Part shown: piece by piece, positions 6,696 through 14,252 of the stretch | Layout: the number at the start of each line of letters is the position of its first letter | Position numbering within the stretch: the stretch's first letter is position 1 | Origin: a virus | Reading direction: 5' to 3' (one strand) | Length of the DNA stretch: 45,423 nucleotides | Virus record (IMG/VR): IMGVR_UViG_3300033273_000525 | Span: 1-45,423 of that record | The notes under the pieces: generated by a model | Databases searched by the model: none | What the model saw: only the letters and a program-made list of their open reading frames with translations | Told to the model about the DNA's origin: nothing | Program-made: the position numbers and the translations under genes

Positions 6696-6868
6696 GAATC
6701 GATCTCAGCAGGCAGCCAGCCTTTCTTGACCATCTGATTGATCGTGTCTTGTTGGTGTAAATAAAGCTGCATCAGTTTCACTGACATCTGTTGCAGCTCG
6801 CCTATATCTGTGCAACCTTCGATCTTTCGGCGGAAACGTTGGAGAGCGAAACTACGGTGCATTTCCAT
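6689..6868 (-). CDS. nblA: NblA-like (phycobilisome degradation protein-like) small protein, 59 aa
   Basis: MEMHRSFALQRFRRKIEGCTDIGELQQMSVKLMQLYLHQQDTINQMVKKGWLPAEIDSQ. The length and the F-x-L/I-x-x-F ... KLxxLY ... W pattern match my recollection of NblA. One codon below the track cutoff. Confidence 0.5.
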   Translation of the reverse strand: MEMHRSFALQRFRRKIEGCTDIGELQQMSVKLMQLYLHQQDTINQMVKKGWLPAEIDSQ

Positions 6869-6945
6869 CGTCCCAACTGAATCACTACTACATTATGTAT
6901 CCGCTTTCAAATTTTGGGCAGACTGGTGGTAGGCCGAGGCGTCCG

Positions 6946-7200
6946 ATGGAGCTTACGACCATCACCTACTACAAGGTTTCGGAGGTCGAAGGTTTCTTGG
7001 CGGTGGCTCGTTACACCGCTTACAACCCTGACGGCCTGCCGGAAGCGTTGTGCGAAGATTTCTATGCGGACACCCCTGAAGAGTTCTGCCGCCTCGAAGA
7101 AGACACCCATAAGGCGCTTGTTAATGGAATTGACGTTTCTATAATGAGTTCTTATGAATCGGACATTTTTCCGGTGATTTCGACTTTCCTAGCTTTTTGA
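6946..7200 (+). CDS. Hypothetical acidic protein (84 aa)
   Basis: Internal ATG at 6946 of track ORF 6895..7200. The upstream 17 codons are Arg/Gly/Pro-rich and lie in the NblA promoter region. Confidence 0.55.
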   Translation: MELTTITYYKVSEVEGFLAVARYTAYNPDGLPEALCEDFYADTPEEFCRLEEDTHKALVNGIDVSIMSSYESDIFPVISTFLAF

Positions 7201-7236
7201 AGTGCTACATTTGAGAAGTCCACTGCCCCACTAGGC

Positions 7237-7494
7237 ATGACCGAAATCCTTGATCTACAAAGCTTCGAGCTGGTCGAAGGCCCCACTGGCTACTTCGTCC
7301 GCTACGTCGCGACCATCGCTGACATCATCCAGACGTCACCCGCAACCCGCTACGACCCACCGGAGTTCGGTAGTTCGATTTGCCGTGGTTCGATCTCCAT
7401 TGGTGACGACGACCCACTGCCCAAAACAGAGCAGCAGTTCATTGACCTAGCTCGTGATGTTTACGACTGGCAGCCCATCGAGGACACCTACTGA
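7237..7494 (+). CDS. Hypothetical protein (85 aa)
   Basis: ATG ORF. Its stop shares one nt with the next start (TGATG). Confidence 0.6.
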   Translation: MTEILDLQSFELVEGPTGYFVRYVATIADIIQTSPATRYDPPEFGSSICRGSISIGDDDPLPKTEQQFIDLARDVYDWQPIEDTY

Positions 7495-7742
7495 TGGCTA
7501 AAGACAGTTACATGGGCCGCAAGAGGCGGTACGACAGCTTTCCGTTCCAGGTGCAGGCTTGGCGTCAAGGTTGCTGGAACGCTGTGAGCTGTCACCTGAC
7601 TGCGGCTGCTGCTCAGAAAGGACTTGCGCAGATCCGCAAGTGTCAGCCTGGTTCGCCTCACCTTTACAGGCAAGTTCACTGCACAAGCGATGACTACATC
7701 TGGGTCGATCCATCTAACAAACCATCTCTCAAAGCATCATGA
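7494..7742 (+). CDS. Hypothetical protein (82 aa)
   Basis: Coupled start (TGATG). Its stop overlaps the next ATG (ATGA at 7739). Confidence 0.5.
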   Translation: MAKDSYMGRKRRYDSFPFQVQAWRQGCWNAVSCHLTAAAAQKGLAQIRKCQPGSPHLYRQVHCTSDDYIWVDPSNKPSLKAS

Positions 7743-8044
7743 TCATCTCCACCTACAAAGACGAGTGCCCTTTCTACGCACCAACTCGTTGGTCGACTGG
7801 GGTTTCCAGCACTCCTGACTTCATTCACACTATTCGTGAAGCTATGGAAGAAAGCGTCGACTATGTCGGTGTTTTTGATGATGAAGGGGTTTGCAAAGGC
7901 ATCTGGTGCCGTGAAACTGACGTCGATTACGGCGAAGGTGAGTGTTACGACGTCATGTATGTCGTAAACCAGTATTACGTTTTGGAACGACCTAGTCAGA
8001 GTTATGACTTCCAGTATGCACTCAAAAAGCTCAGTCTCAAATGA
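7739..8044 (+). CDS. Hypothetical Cys-rich acidic protein (101 aa)
   Basis: ATGA-coupled start. Protein-like composition. Confidence 0.6.
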   Translation: MIISTYKDECPFYAPTRWSTGVSSTPDFIHTIREAMEESVDYVGVFDDEGVCKGIWCRETDVDYGEGECYDVMYVVNQYYVLERPSQSYDFQYALKKLSLK

Positions 8045-8339
8045 CCTAGTCAACTCACCGGCCCACTACACCCAAGGCCGGTTCGAAGCGATTGATGTAA
8101 TCGAAGATGTCATTCGCCACGCACCAGACCCGATTAGCGGTATGTTGCTTGGGAACACGTTGAAGTATTTACTTCGCGTGTGGTTCAAAGCTTGTCCGCA
8201 CCAGGACGCCAAAAAAGCTCGTTGGTATCTCGACCGCCTGATCCAGCATCTGGAATCAGAGCAAGCGGCTGAGCTGTACAAGTCGTTGTACAAGTCCCTC
8301 GAAGACAATCCACCGCCTTTCGATGATCCGCTCCAATGA
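8004..8339 (+). CDS. DUF3310-like phage protein
   Basis: Motif SPAHYTQGRFEAIDVIEDVI...LGNTLKYLLR is typical of the DUF3310 (SaV-like) family. The start could be 8004 or 8016. Confidence 0.65.
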   Translation: MTSSMHSKSSVSNDLVNSPAHYTQGRFEAIDVIEDVIRHAPDPISGMLLGNTLKYLLRVWFKACPHQDAKKARWYLDRLIQHLESEQAAELYKSLYKSLEDNPPPFDDPLQ

Positions 8340-8506
8340 CCACACCTCTTTTTGACAACTCGCTTGAAGATCTCTCGTCTGAGAAAAAGATCTTCTTTGC
8401 ACGCACCAACGCCAACTGGTATCTCGATGATTCCGGCTGGTACGCACCGGATGGGACTCATGAGTCCAACTGGGATGGGGTATTTCCTGAAGAACACCTT
8501 TTTTAA
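8336..8506 (+). CDS. Small hypothetical protein (56 aa, below track cutoff)
   Basis: ATG at 8336 overlaps the upstream stop (ATGA). Its TAA directly abuts the polymerase ATG at 8507. MTTPLFDNSLEDLSSEKKIFFARTNANWYLDDSGWYAPDG... Confidence 0.5.
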   Translation: MTTPLFDNSLEDLSSEKKIFFARTNANWYLDDSGWYAPDGTHESNWDGVFPEEHLF

Positions 8507-10435
8507 ATGACTTACACAACGTATTTCGGTGTCGAGCATCTCGACAAAGTTTTTCATGCCACCACGATTGCGTTTGATACGGAAACGCTCCAGCTGCAGC
8601 CAGAGGTGGGCAAGCTTCGGTTGCTTCAGTTTGGTGCTGAGTCGACTAAGTCGATTGTTGTCATCGATTTGTTTGACTGCGATGAAGAGGACATGCACAA
8701 GCTTGACCTCTTCTTTGAAAATGGTGATCGGCACTGGATCGCGCACAATGCCGTGTTCGATTTGGCGTGGTTGCAAGAAAATGGCTTCAAACCGCATGGT
8801 CGTGCGTACTGCACCATGCTCGCCAGCAAGCTGCTCAATAACGGCATCCCAAACTTGAAGCACGGCTTAGTCCACTTAGCTAAGCGGTATCTCGACAAGG
8901 ACATTTCAAAGGAGCAGCAGGCGTCTGACTGGAGCGCACCAGTCCTCAGTAAAGAGCAGCTTGAATACGCTGCTAAAGATGTCGAGATCTTGCTGGAGCT
9001 TGATGCGATCCTGCCTGGGAAGCTTGCTGCGGCAGGCTTAGATCCGGCGTATTCGCTTGAGTGCAAGGCTCTTCCGGCAATGGCGCACATGTGGCGCACT
9101 GGCCTGCCGTGGAATCGTTCCAGCCTTGAACAACTTCGTAAGGACTATGAACATGACATTGCTGCGTTGGCAAAAGACTTTTTGTTTGAGCTTGATGCAG
9201 CTTTGCCAGAAGGTCACAAGCTTCCGAGAGAAAACTCCCGCCAGTTGGATTATCTCAAAGCGAAGGTCACGGAGATGGGACACGACGACGAGGACTATGA
9301 AAAATGGTATTCCGAGATTGAGTCTCTTGAGACGCAGCCCACGGTGTTCAACTTACGAGCAAAGGATGAGGGCAGCATCCGGCTTGGGACGAAGAAGTAC
9401 AAGGGGTTTAATCTCAGTTCACCAAAACAGCTTTTGGAGAAGTTCACGGTACTCCTTGGCGAGCAGCCTGTGGACAACAAAACGGGAAAACCTAGTGCTA
9501 GCCGCGTTGCGCTCCAGGCTTATGCGGCTGATCACCACGTTGTCCAGACCTACTTGGCTTGGAAGAAAGCTGAGAAACGCCGCCAAATGGTGGACTCAAT
9601 CTTTGAAAAGCTTGATCCCGATGGTTTTGTTCGTGCCAGCTATCTGCAGCTCGGAGCCGAAAGTGGCCGCATGTCCTGCATCAAACCCAACAACCAGCAA
9701 ATCCCCAGAGACGAAGACTTCCGTTCCTGTGTGGAAGCTCCTGATGGTTGGCTTCTTGTGGATGCTGATTTTGGTCAGATGGAACTTCGATTGGCTGCTG
9801 CGGTCGCGCAAGATGAACGCATGATTAAGGCGTTCCAGGACGGTGAAGATCTGCACACGGTTACTGCTGAAGCCATCGGTTGCAGTAGGCAGATTGCCAA
9901 GTCGGCAAACTTCGGTTTGTTGTACGGCAGTGGTGCGAACGGCTTACGCAACTATGCGGCTGGTGTTGGCGTCACCATGAGTTTGGATGAAGCTGCTGAG
10001 ATTCGTTCTCAGTGGCTCGACACGTACCAGGGCATTGCGGCGTGGCAGCAGGAAAATGGCCGCCTTGCGGAAGAAACTGAGGGCAACAATTTGGTGTCGA
10101 TCCGTATTCCGAAGTCGAACATGCGCCGGTTTTTGCCGGGTGACATGAATCGGCTGACGGTTAGGTGCAACACACCGATCCAGGGTGCTGGTGCGGCCAT
10201 TCTCAAATGCGCTCTTGGCAATTTGTGGACTGAGCTGGTGAAAGTTGGCGAGGTTGAGGCCAAGATTGCTGCTTGTGTCCATGACGAAATTTTGTTGCTC
10301 GTCAAGGAAGACAAGGCTGAGGAGTGGGCTGCGAAGCTAAAACGAATAATGGAGGACGCGGAAGCAATGTGGCTTGGCGATATTCCGCCGCTTGCTGAGC
10401 CGTCTATCGGTAAACGTTGGTCGGAGATTCACTGA
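8507..10435 (+). CDS. Family A DNA polymerase with 3'-5' exonuclease domain
   Basis: Exo motifs DTETLQL, HNAVFDLAWL and YAAKDV. Pol motif A DADFGQMELRLAA, motif B RQIAKSANFGLLYG, motif C CVHDEILL. Confidence 0.95.
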   Translation: MTYTTYFGVEHLDKVFHATTIAFDTETLQLQPEVGKLRLLQFGAESTKSIVVIDLFDCDEEDMHKLDLFFENGDRHWIAHNAVFDLAWLQENGFKPHGRAYCTMLASKLLNNGIPNLKHGLVHLAKRYLDKDISKEQQASDWSAPVLSKEQLEYAAKDVEILLELDAILPGKLAAAGLDPAYSLECKALPAMAHMWRTGLPWNRSSLEQLRKDYEHDIAALAKDFLFELDAALPEGHKLPRENSRQLDYLKAKVTEMGHDDEDYEKWYSEIESLETQPTVFNLRAKDEGSIRLGTKKYKGFNLSSPKQLLEKFTVLLGEQPVDNKTGKPSASRVALQAYAADHHVVQTYLAWKKAEKRRQMVDSIFEKLDPDGFVRASYLQLGAESGRMSCIKPNNQQIPRDEDFRSCVEAPDGWLLVDADFGQMELRLAAAVAQDERMIKAFQDGEDLHTVTAEAIGCSRQIAKSANFGLLYGSGANGLRNYAAGVGVTMSLDEAAEIRSQWLDTYQGIAAWQQENGRLAEETEGNNLVSIRIPKSNMRRFLPGDMNRLTVRCNTPIQGAGAAILKCALGNLWTELVKVGEVEAKIAACVHDEILLLVKEDKAEEWAAKLKRIMEDAEAMWLGDIPPLAEPSIGKRWSEIH

Positions 10436-10436
10436 C

Positions 10437-10625
10437 ATGGTCAGCATCCATCACACGTCCCAGGGCTGGACTTTGGTGCGTTCAGAAAATCTGGGCTACT
10501 ACACTTCGCTTGGGGATGTGATGGATGCGGCTTATGCGGCCACTAACGGGACGGGAAATAATGCTGCGATACCTGCAGTACGAAATCAAACGTGCCACCA
10601 CAGCAGATTTGCAGAGGGCGGCTGA
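10437..10625 (+). CDS. Hypothetical protein (62 aa)
   Basis: ATG 2 nt after the polymerase stop. Overlaps the next candidate ORF by 65 nt, so its 3' part is doubtful. Confidence 0.4.
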   Translation: MVSIHHTSQGWTLVRSENLGYYTSLGDVMDAAYAATNGTGNNAAIPAVRNQTCHHSRFAEGG

Positions 10626-10740
10626 GTTTTTAGAAGGCGCAAGACATATACGAGAGGGTTGCACTAAGCAACGGCGTGAGTCTCGTAAGTCTCAGGCGCA
10701 GGGGTGGCGGAAGTATGTGGATGATTCGATTAGTTGGTAG
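10561..10740 (+). CDS. Hypothetical basic protein (59 aa)
   Basis: Internal ATG at 10561 of track ORF 10525..10740 (GGGA upstream). MLRYLQYEIKRATTADLQRAAEFLEGARH... Confidence 0.4.
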   Translation: MLRYLQYEIKRATTADLQRAAEFLEGARHIREGCTKQRRESRKSQAQGWRKYVDDSISW

Positions 10741-10778
10741 CACATTGTTAGACTGCGCTGTACTAAAGAGTAAGGTTG

Positions 10779-11042
10779 ATGGCGATTCGGCACGGGAATA
10801 AGACGTACCTGCAGATTTTGTTGGATCCTAATCGTGCTCAGCTGTTGATGCAGTTGGCTGAGTCGCAGAAAGTACGCCCCACTGCATGGATTCGAGACAT
10901 GGTGTACAAGCAGTTGGAGCTTTGTTTTTCGGCGGATGAGTATGCCGAGGCTTTTGAGGCGGATAAAAAGGTGTGGGACGAGTCGATCCAGCGGCGGGTT
11001 GAAGGGCGAGCGAGACTCAAAAAAGAAGTAAAAGAAAGCTGA
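10779..11042 (+). CDS. Ribbon-helix-helix (CopG/Arc-like) DNA-binding protein
   Basis: TYLQILLDPNRAQLLMQLAESQKVRPTAWIRDMVYKQLE fits a beta-strand/helix/helix pattern. TAAGG lies 4 nt upstream of the ATG. Confidence 0.55.
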   Translation: MAIRHGNKTYLQILLDPNRAQLLMQLAESQKVRPTAWIRDMVYKQLELCFSADEYAEAFEADKKVWDESIQRRVEGRARLKKEVKES

Positions 11043-11098
11043 CATCGGTTGCAAGCACTGTCTACTGTGATATTTTTCATGGGTACTAAAAACGTCCC

Positions 11099-11293
11099 AT
11101 GCGGTACGCTCTTTCGCTTCAAAACAACACGTTTTTAGCCGCTTGCTACGAAGCGACTGGCAGCGGGATTATGCTCACGACCAATGCTGAAGACGCTTGT
11201 TCCTATGTCACGCTTGAAAAAGCGTTGGCTGTGGCTCAGGCAGTTAGCAAAAGCATTGGTCAAGTACCTGCAGTGATTGAAGTCGGTTATTGA
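11099..11293 (+). CDS. Hypothetical protein (64 aa) directly upstream of the sigma factor
   Basis: ATG ORF. Its stop lies 1 nt before the sigma-factor ATG. Confidence 0.5.
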   Translation: MRYALSLQNNTFLAACYEATGSGIMLTTNAEDACSYVTLEKALAVAQAVSKSIGQVPAVIEVGY

Positions 11294-11294
11294 T

Positions 11295-12140
11295 ATGGAG
11301 AGTTTTAGTGCCTACTTAAGAGATATTGGTAGGTACCCACTGCTTACCAAAGACCAAGAAATTATCTTGGCGCGTCAGGTGCAAGATTGGATTCATGGTG
11401 AAAATCCTTCGCCGCGTGTTGTTAAGCGAGGGGAGCGTGCGTACCAGAAACTGATCAACTGCAATCTGCGCCTGGTGGTGTCGATTGCCAAGCGATATAC
11501 AAATAAGTGCAAGCGCAGTGAGCTGTCTGACCTTGTGCAGGAAGGCACTATGGGTCTTGCTCATGGCGTTAAAAAGTTCGATCCAGAGCGTGGTTATGCC
11601 CTTTCCACTTATGTGTACTGGTGGATTAGGCAAAGTATTACACGGTATTTGGCTACTTACGACCGTGTTATTCGGCTGCCGTCCCACGCAGTGGAGCTTC
11701 TGACTAAGCTGCGCAACTGGACGCCGATGTTTGAGAACACGCATGGCCGTAAACCGACCATTCAAGAGTGCGCAGAATTTTGCAAGATCAGCGCACCAAG
11801 GCTGCAGGAGTACCTCGACAGATCCAATGACGCGATAAGCCTCGATGCTCGCGTGAGTAGCACAGAAGATGACGTGTTGCTAATCGACAGTGTCTCTTCT
11901 GATGTCGATGTCTTTGACGATGTCTCTTGGGGTATCGACCTCGAAAAAGTGGAGAGCATTCTTTGCAAGCTGCAGCCCAGAGAAAGGTATGTCGTTGAGT
12001 GTTCCCTTGGCCTTGGTACGAATCCACCGATGACGTTCCAGGCAATCTCCAAGGAGTTAGGGATTTCGCGGGAGCGCACGCGCAACATCTTTCATGGCTC
12101 TGTCCGCAAGCTGCGGATGTACTTTCGCAAGGTTGACTGA
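11295..12140 (+). CDS. Sigma-70 family RNA polymerase sigma factor (regions 2, 3 and 4)
   Basis: Region 2 DLVQEGTMGLAHGVKKFDPERGYALSTYVYWWIRQSITRYL. Region 3 IRLPSHAVELL. Region 4.2 TFQAISKELGISRERTRNIFHGSVRKLR. Confidence 0.9.
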   Translation: MESFSAYLRDIGRYPLLTKDQEIILARQVQDWIHGENPSPRVVKRGERAYQKLINCNLRLVVSIAKRYTNKCKRSELSDLVQEGTMGLAHGVKKFDPERGYALSTYVYWWIRQSITRYLATYDRVIRLPSHAVELLTKLRNWTPMFENTHGRKPTIQECAEFCKISAPRLQEYLDRSNDAISLDARVSSTEDDVLLIDSVSSDVDVFDDVSWGIDLEKVESILCKLQPRERYVVECSLGLGTNPPMTFQAISKELGISRERTRNIFHGSVRKLRMYFRKVD

Positions 12141-12145
12141 AACTA

Positions 12146-12409
12146 TTGGAGCGTATCAACTACCCTCGGCCGTCTTGCCCTAAATGCGGCAACGATAGAA
12201 GCTGGGTTAAAAATACTTACTACACAACAGACGGTCGCATTGTTCGTCACAGAATGTGTGACGACTGCGAATGGAAGTGGTACTCAGTGCAGTACCCAGA
12301 ACAAAACCTTGACCTAATCCAATATCGACTTGTAATACCTAAGTGGGGCACTCTTTCAGAACGCCGGCGTAAGCAAATCAAAATTATGCCTGTAGATAAG
12401 TCGCCTTAA
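12146..12409 (+). CDS. NrdR-like zinc-ribbon protein lacking an ATP-cone
   Basis: 87 aa with a TTG start. CPKC-x23-CDDC with GRIVRHRMC..C.W, resembling the NrdR N-terminus (CPxC-x24-CxxC, RRRRxC..C.RF). No ATP-cone follows. Confidence 0.6.
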   Translation: MERINYPRPSCPKCGNDRSWVKNTYYTTDGRIVRHRMCDDCEWKWYSVQYPEQNLDLIQYRLVIPKWGTLSERRRKQIKIMPVDKSP

Positions 12410-12425
12410 TCCCTATTGTTTGAGC

Positions 12426-12611
12426 ATGGATGACTCAACGTTCCAGGTAGAACGGTTGCCTGATGGGTGGTATCGAGTTTGCTCTCCCAGTGGTGCGATG
12501 TGTATTGATAGTTTTTGCGAATTGCGTGCCTACTCCATCGGGAGAACGCTGTACTACTGTTCGAGCCACTCGGATATGCGAGCCTCGCGTGCCTCCGTCC
12601 AAAACTCTTGA
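12426..12611 (+). CDS. Possible small Cys-rich protein (61 aa)
   Basis: ATG ORF. The last 58 nt are antisense to the HNH gene 3' end, so the call is doubtful. Confidence 0.3.
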   Translation: MDDSTFQVERLPDGWYRVCSPSGAMCIDSFCELRAYSIGRTLYYCSSHSDMRASRASVQNS

Positions 12612-12862
12612 CCCAGGTACCACGTTTTCCAGTCGTGGCCTGACTTGTGACTATTACAGGAAAAACAGCAGGCAACCATATTCTTCTGTTCGGTTAGGCC
12701 GCCTTTCCATTTTGGAATGACGTGGTCGAGGGTGGCATTTTTGCCGAGTGGTTCGGCGCAATAAGCGCAGCAGTAGTTCCACTCTTGGAGGATTCTGTCT
12801 CGGAAGCGTATCTTTGCTTGCTTCCTTGGTACTAACTCAGTTCCGTCAATTTGATGATCCAT
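12554..12862 (-). CDS. HNH endonuclease
   Basis: YCCAYCAEPL...LDHVIPKWKGG...NMVACCFSCNSHK (Cys4 plus the H-N-H core). Confidence 0.85.
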   Translation of the reverse strand: MDHQIDGTELVPRKQAKIRFRDRILQEWNYCCAYCAEPLGKNATLDHVIPKWKGGLTEQKNMVACCFSCNSHKSGHDWKTWYLGQEFWTEAREARISEWLEQ

Positions 12863-12930
12863 GCAGTCGCCCTTTTAAGGTCTGCAAGATCTTCAGTGCA
12901 ACTAAAGTAAGTGTACCCGTGGCTACTAAA

Positions 12931-13275
12931 GTGAAGGTTCAAGAAGCCGTTAAGTATTGTCCCGAAAAATTTGGTGAGGCATGGCTTTCATGTCTGCTCA
13001 CCATGGTGCAAGGCGACGTCACAGCCTTAACTCTGAAACACGGTCTTATTGCTGCGAAAACCGGGGGAATAATGGCAACGTCTTATTTTATTGCTGTGCT
13101 CTGCACTAAAAAGCAAACGACCTACCTAGATGTATTACTTACAGGTTGCCTCACGGCCATCGCTGACTTCGCGTCCCACCCAAGTCACTTCGGTGGTCCG
13201 GCAACTGAAGCCATCGTCACTGGTATGGGGGCAGCTTTTTTGGCATTGCTGCTTCACCTAATTACTCGGAAATAG
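12931..13275 (+). CDS. Multi-pass membrane protein (holin candidate); start uncertain
   Basis: In-frame GTG at 12931 (alternative 12919) after the divergent HNH start. Three or four hydrophobic segments (AWLSCLLTMV, IMATSYFIAVL, VLLTGCLTAIADF, GMGAAFLALLLHLI). Converges on the endolysin. Confidence 0.5.
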   Translation: MKVQEAVKYCPEKFGEAWLSCLLTMVQGDVTALTLKHGLIAAKTGGIMATSYFIAVLCTKKQTTYLDVLLTGCLTAIADFASHPSHFGGPATEAIVTGMGAAFLALLLHLITRK

Positions 13276-13996
13276 CGCTGCAGGCTCTCTTGTAAAGAGT
13301 AAGGCGGTCTTCAATGCCGTTATACCCGCCGTTTAGTACACGAGTTACTTGATATACATCAGTGCCTTCACAGACTGCAGCCCAGTTGTTCTCTTCGATC
13401 CAGCAAACTGCGGATAGAAACGGGTACTGCTTAGCGACGTAGTCTGCGCCTTCTTGCATTACTTTGTCGTCGGCCATGCCATTACGTTCCAGCCAGTTGC
13501 TGAAGCGTTGGTAGTTGTAGCGGCCGGTTAGTTGGATGCAGCCGCCGCCGAAAAAGATTTTGCCGTCACCTGGTCCGTTGCCCAAGTCGCTGCGGTTGTC
13601 GTACATGCGGGTGAAGTAGTCGTCGTCGCCGAGTTCCTTCATCCAGCGGTAACGGCCGGTTTCGTGTGCTGTCTGAGAAATTAGATGACGGCGCTGCTGC
13701 ACACTTGTCATGCCGGTGCTGTAGATGAGCTTGTTGAGATCGCCCATAAACTTGTCGTCGAAATGCTGAGGCTTCCAGCCTGAGATTTCGGCAACCTGCT
13801 CAGCACTGACGAGCCACTTACCTTCTTTGGGTGCTACGGCAGTTGACCAGGTTTTGTACCACTCTTGGTCGCAGTCGAAGCAGTCGGGGCATAGCTGCAG
13901 AATCTTTTGCTCAAGCTCAAGCAAGCCGGCAGTTTGGTGCCCAAGCTTCTTGTAGTACCTGAACAGGTCAAGCAGGCGGATCTGTCTCGTGCTCAT
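13262..13996 (-). CDS. Endolysin, glycoside hydrolase family 19 (chitinase-like)
   Basis: GGGCIQLTGRYNYQRF matches the GH19 signature-2 pattern. QTAHETGRYRWMKE supplies the catalytic-Glu context. Confidence 0.85.
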   Translation of the reverse strand: MSTRQIRLLDLFRYYKKLGHQTAGLLELEQKILQLCPDCFDCDQEWYKTWSTAVAPKEGKWLVSAEQVAEISGWKPQHFDDKFMGDLNKLIYSTGMTSVQQRRHLISQTAHETGRYRWMKELGDDDYFTRMYDNRSDLGNGPGDGKIFFGGGCIQLTGRYNYQRFSNWLERNGMADDKVMQEGADYVAKQYPFLSAVCWIEENNWAAVCEGTDVYQVTRVLNGGYNGIEDRLTLYKRACSAISE

Positions 13997-14252
13997 CTAA
14001 CCAGCGGTAGTGAATGCTTAGCGGCGGACCCAAACCAGTCGTATCCGTACCAGGGTGGTGCGTAACGATGGTGCGTGGTTTGTCTCCAGGTTGCGCGGCG
14101 TGCCAAGCATCAATCTCGGCGTCGATACGAGGCTTGAGCGTTGCGTGAAACTTGAAATCCTGAGCGTGCTTTTTTAGGTGGTCGGTCCAGTGCTTTTCAC
14201 CAAACCGAGCCAGCCAAATGCCGTCTTCAGGAATGCCGCTTACTTTTTTGGG
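13968..14252 (-). CDS. -1 frame extension (91 codons) reachable only by a frameshift at C_CCA_AAA_AAG; the fusion would be 136 aa
   Basis: The -1 frame is open from 14243 to TGA 13968..13970 and encodes VSGIPEDGIWLARFGEKHWTDHLKKHAQDF... It has no ATG or GTG, and its only TTG is near the 3' end. It overlaps the endolysin start by 29 nt. Confidence 0.4.
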   Translation of the reverse strand, partial: PKKVSGIPEDGIWLARFGEKHWTDHLKKHAQDFKFHATLKPRIDAEIDAWHAAQPGDKPRTIVTHHPGTDTTGLGPPLSIHYRWLDEHETDPPA

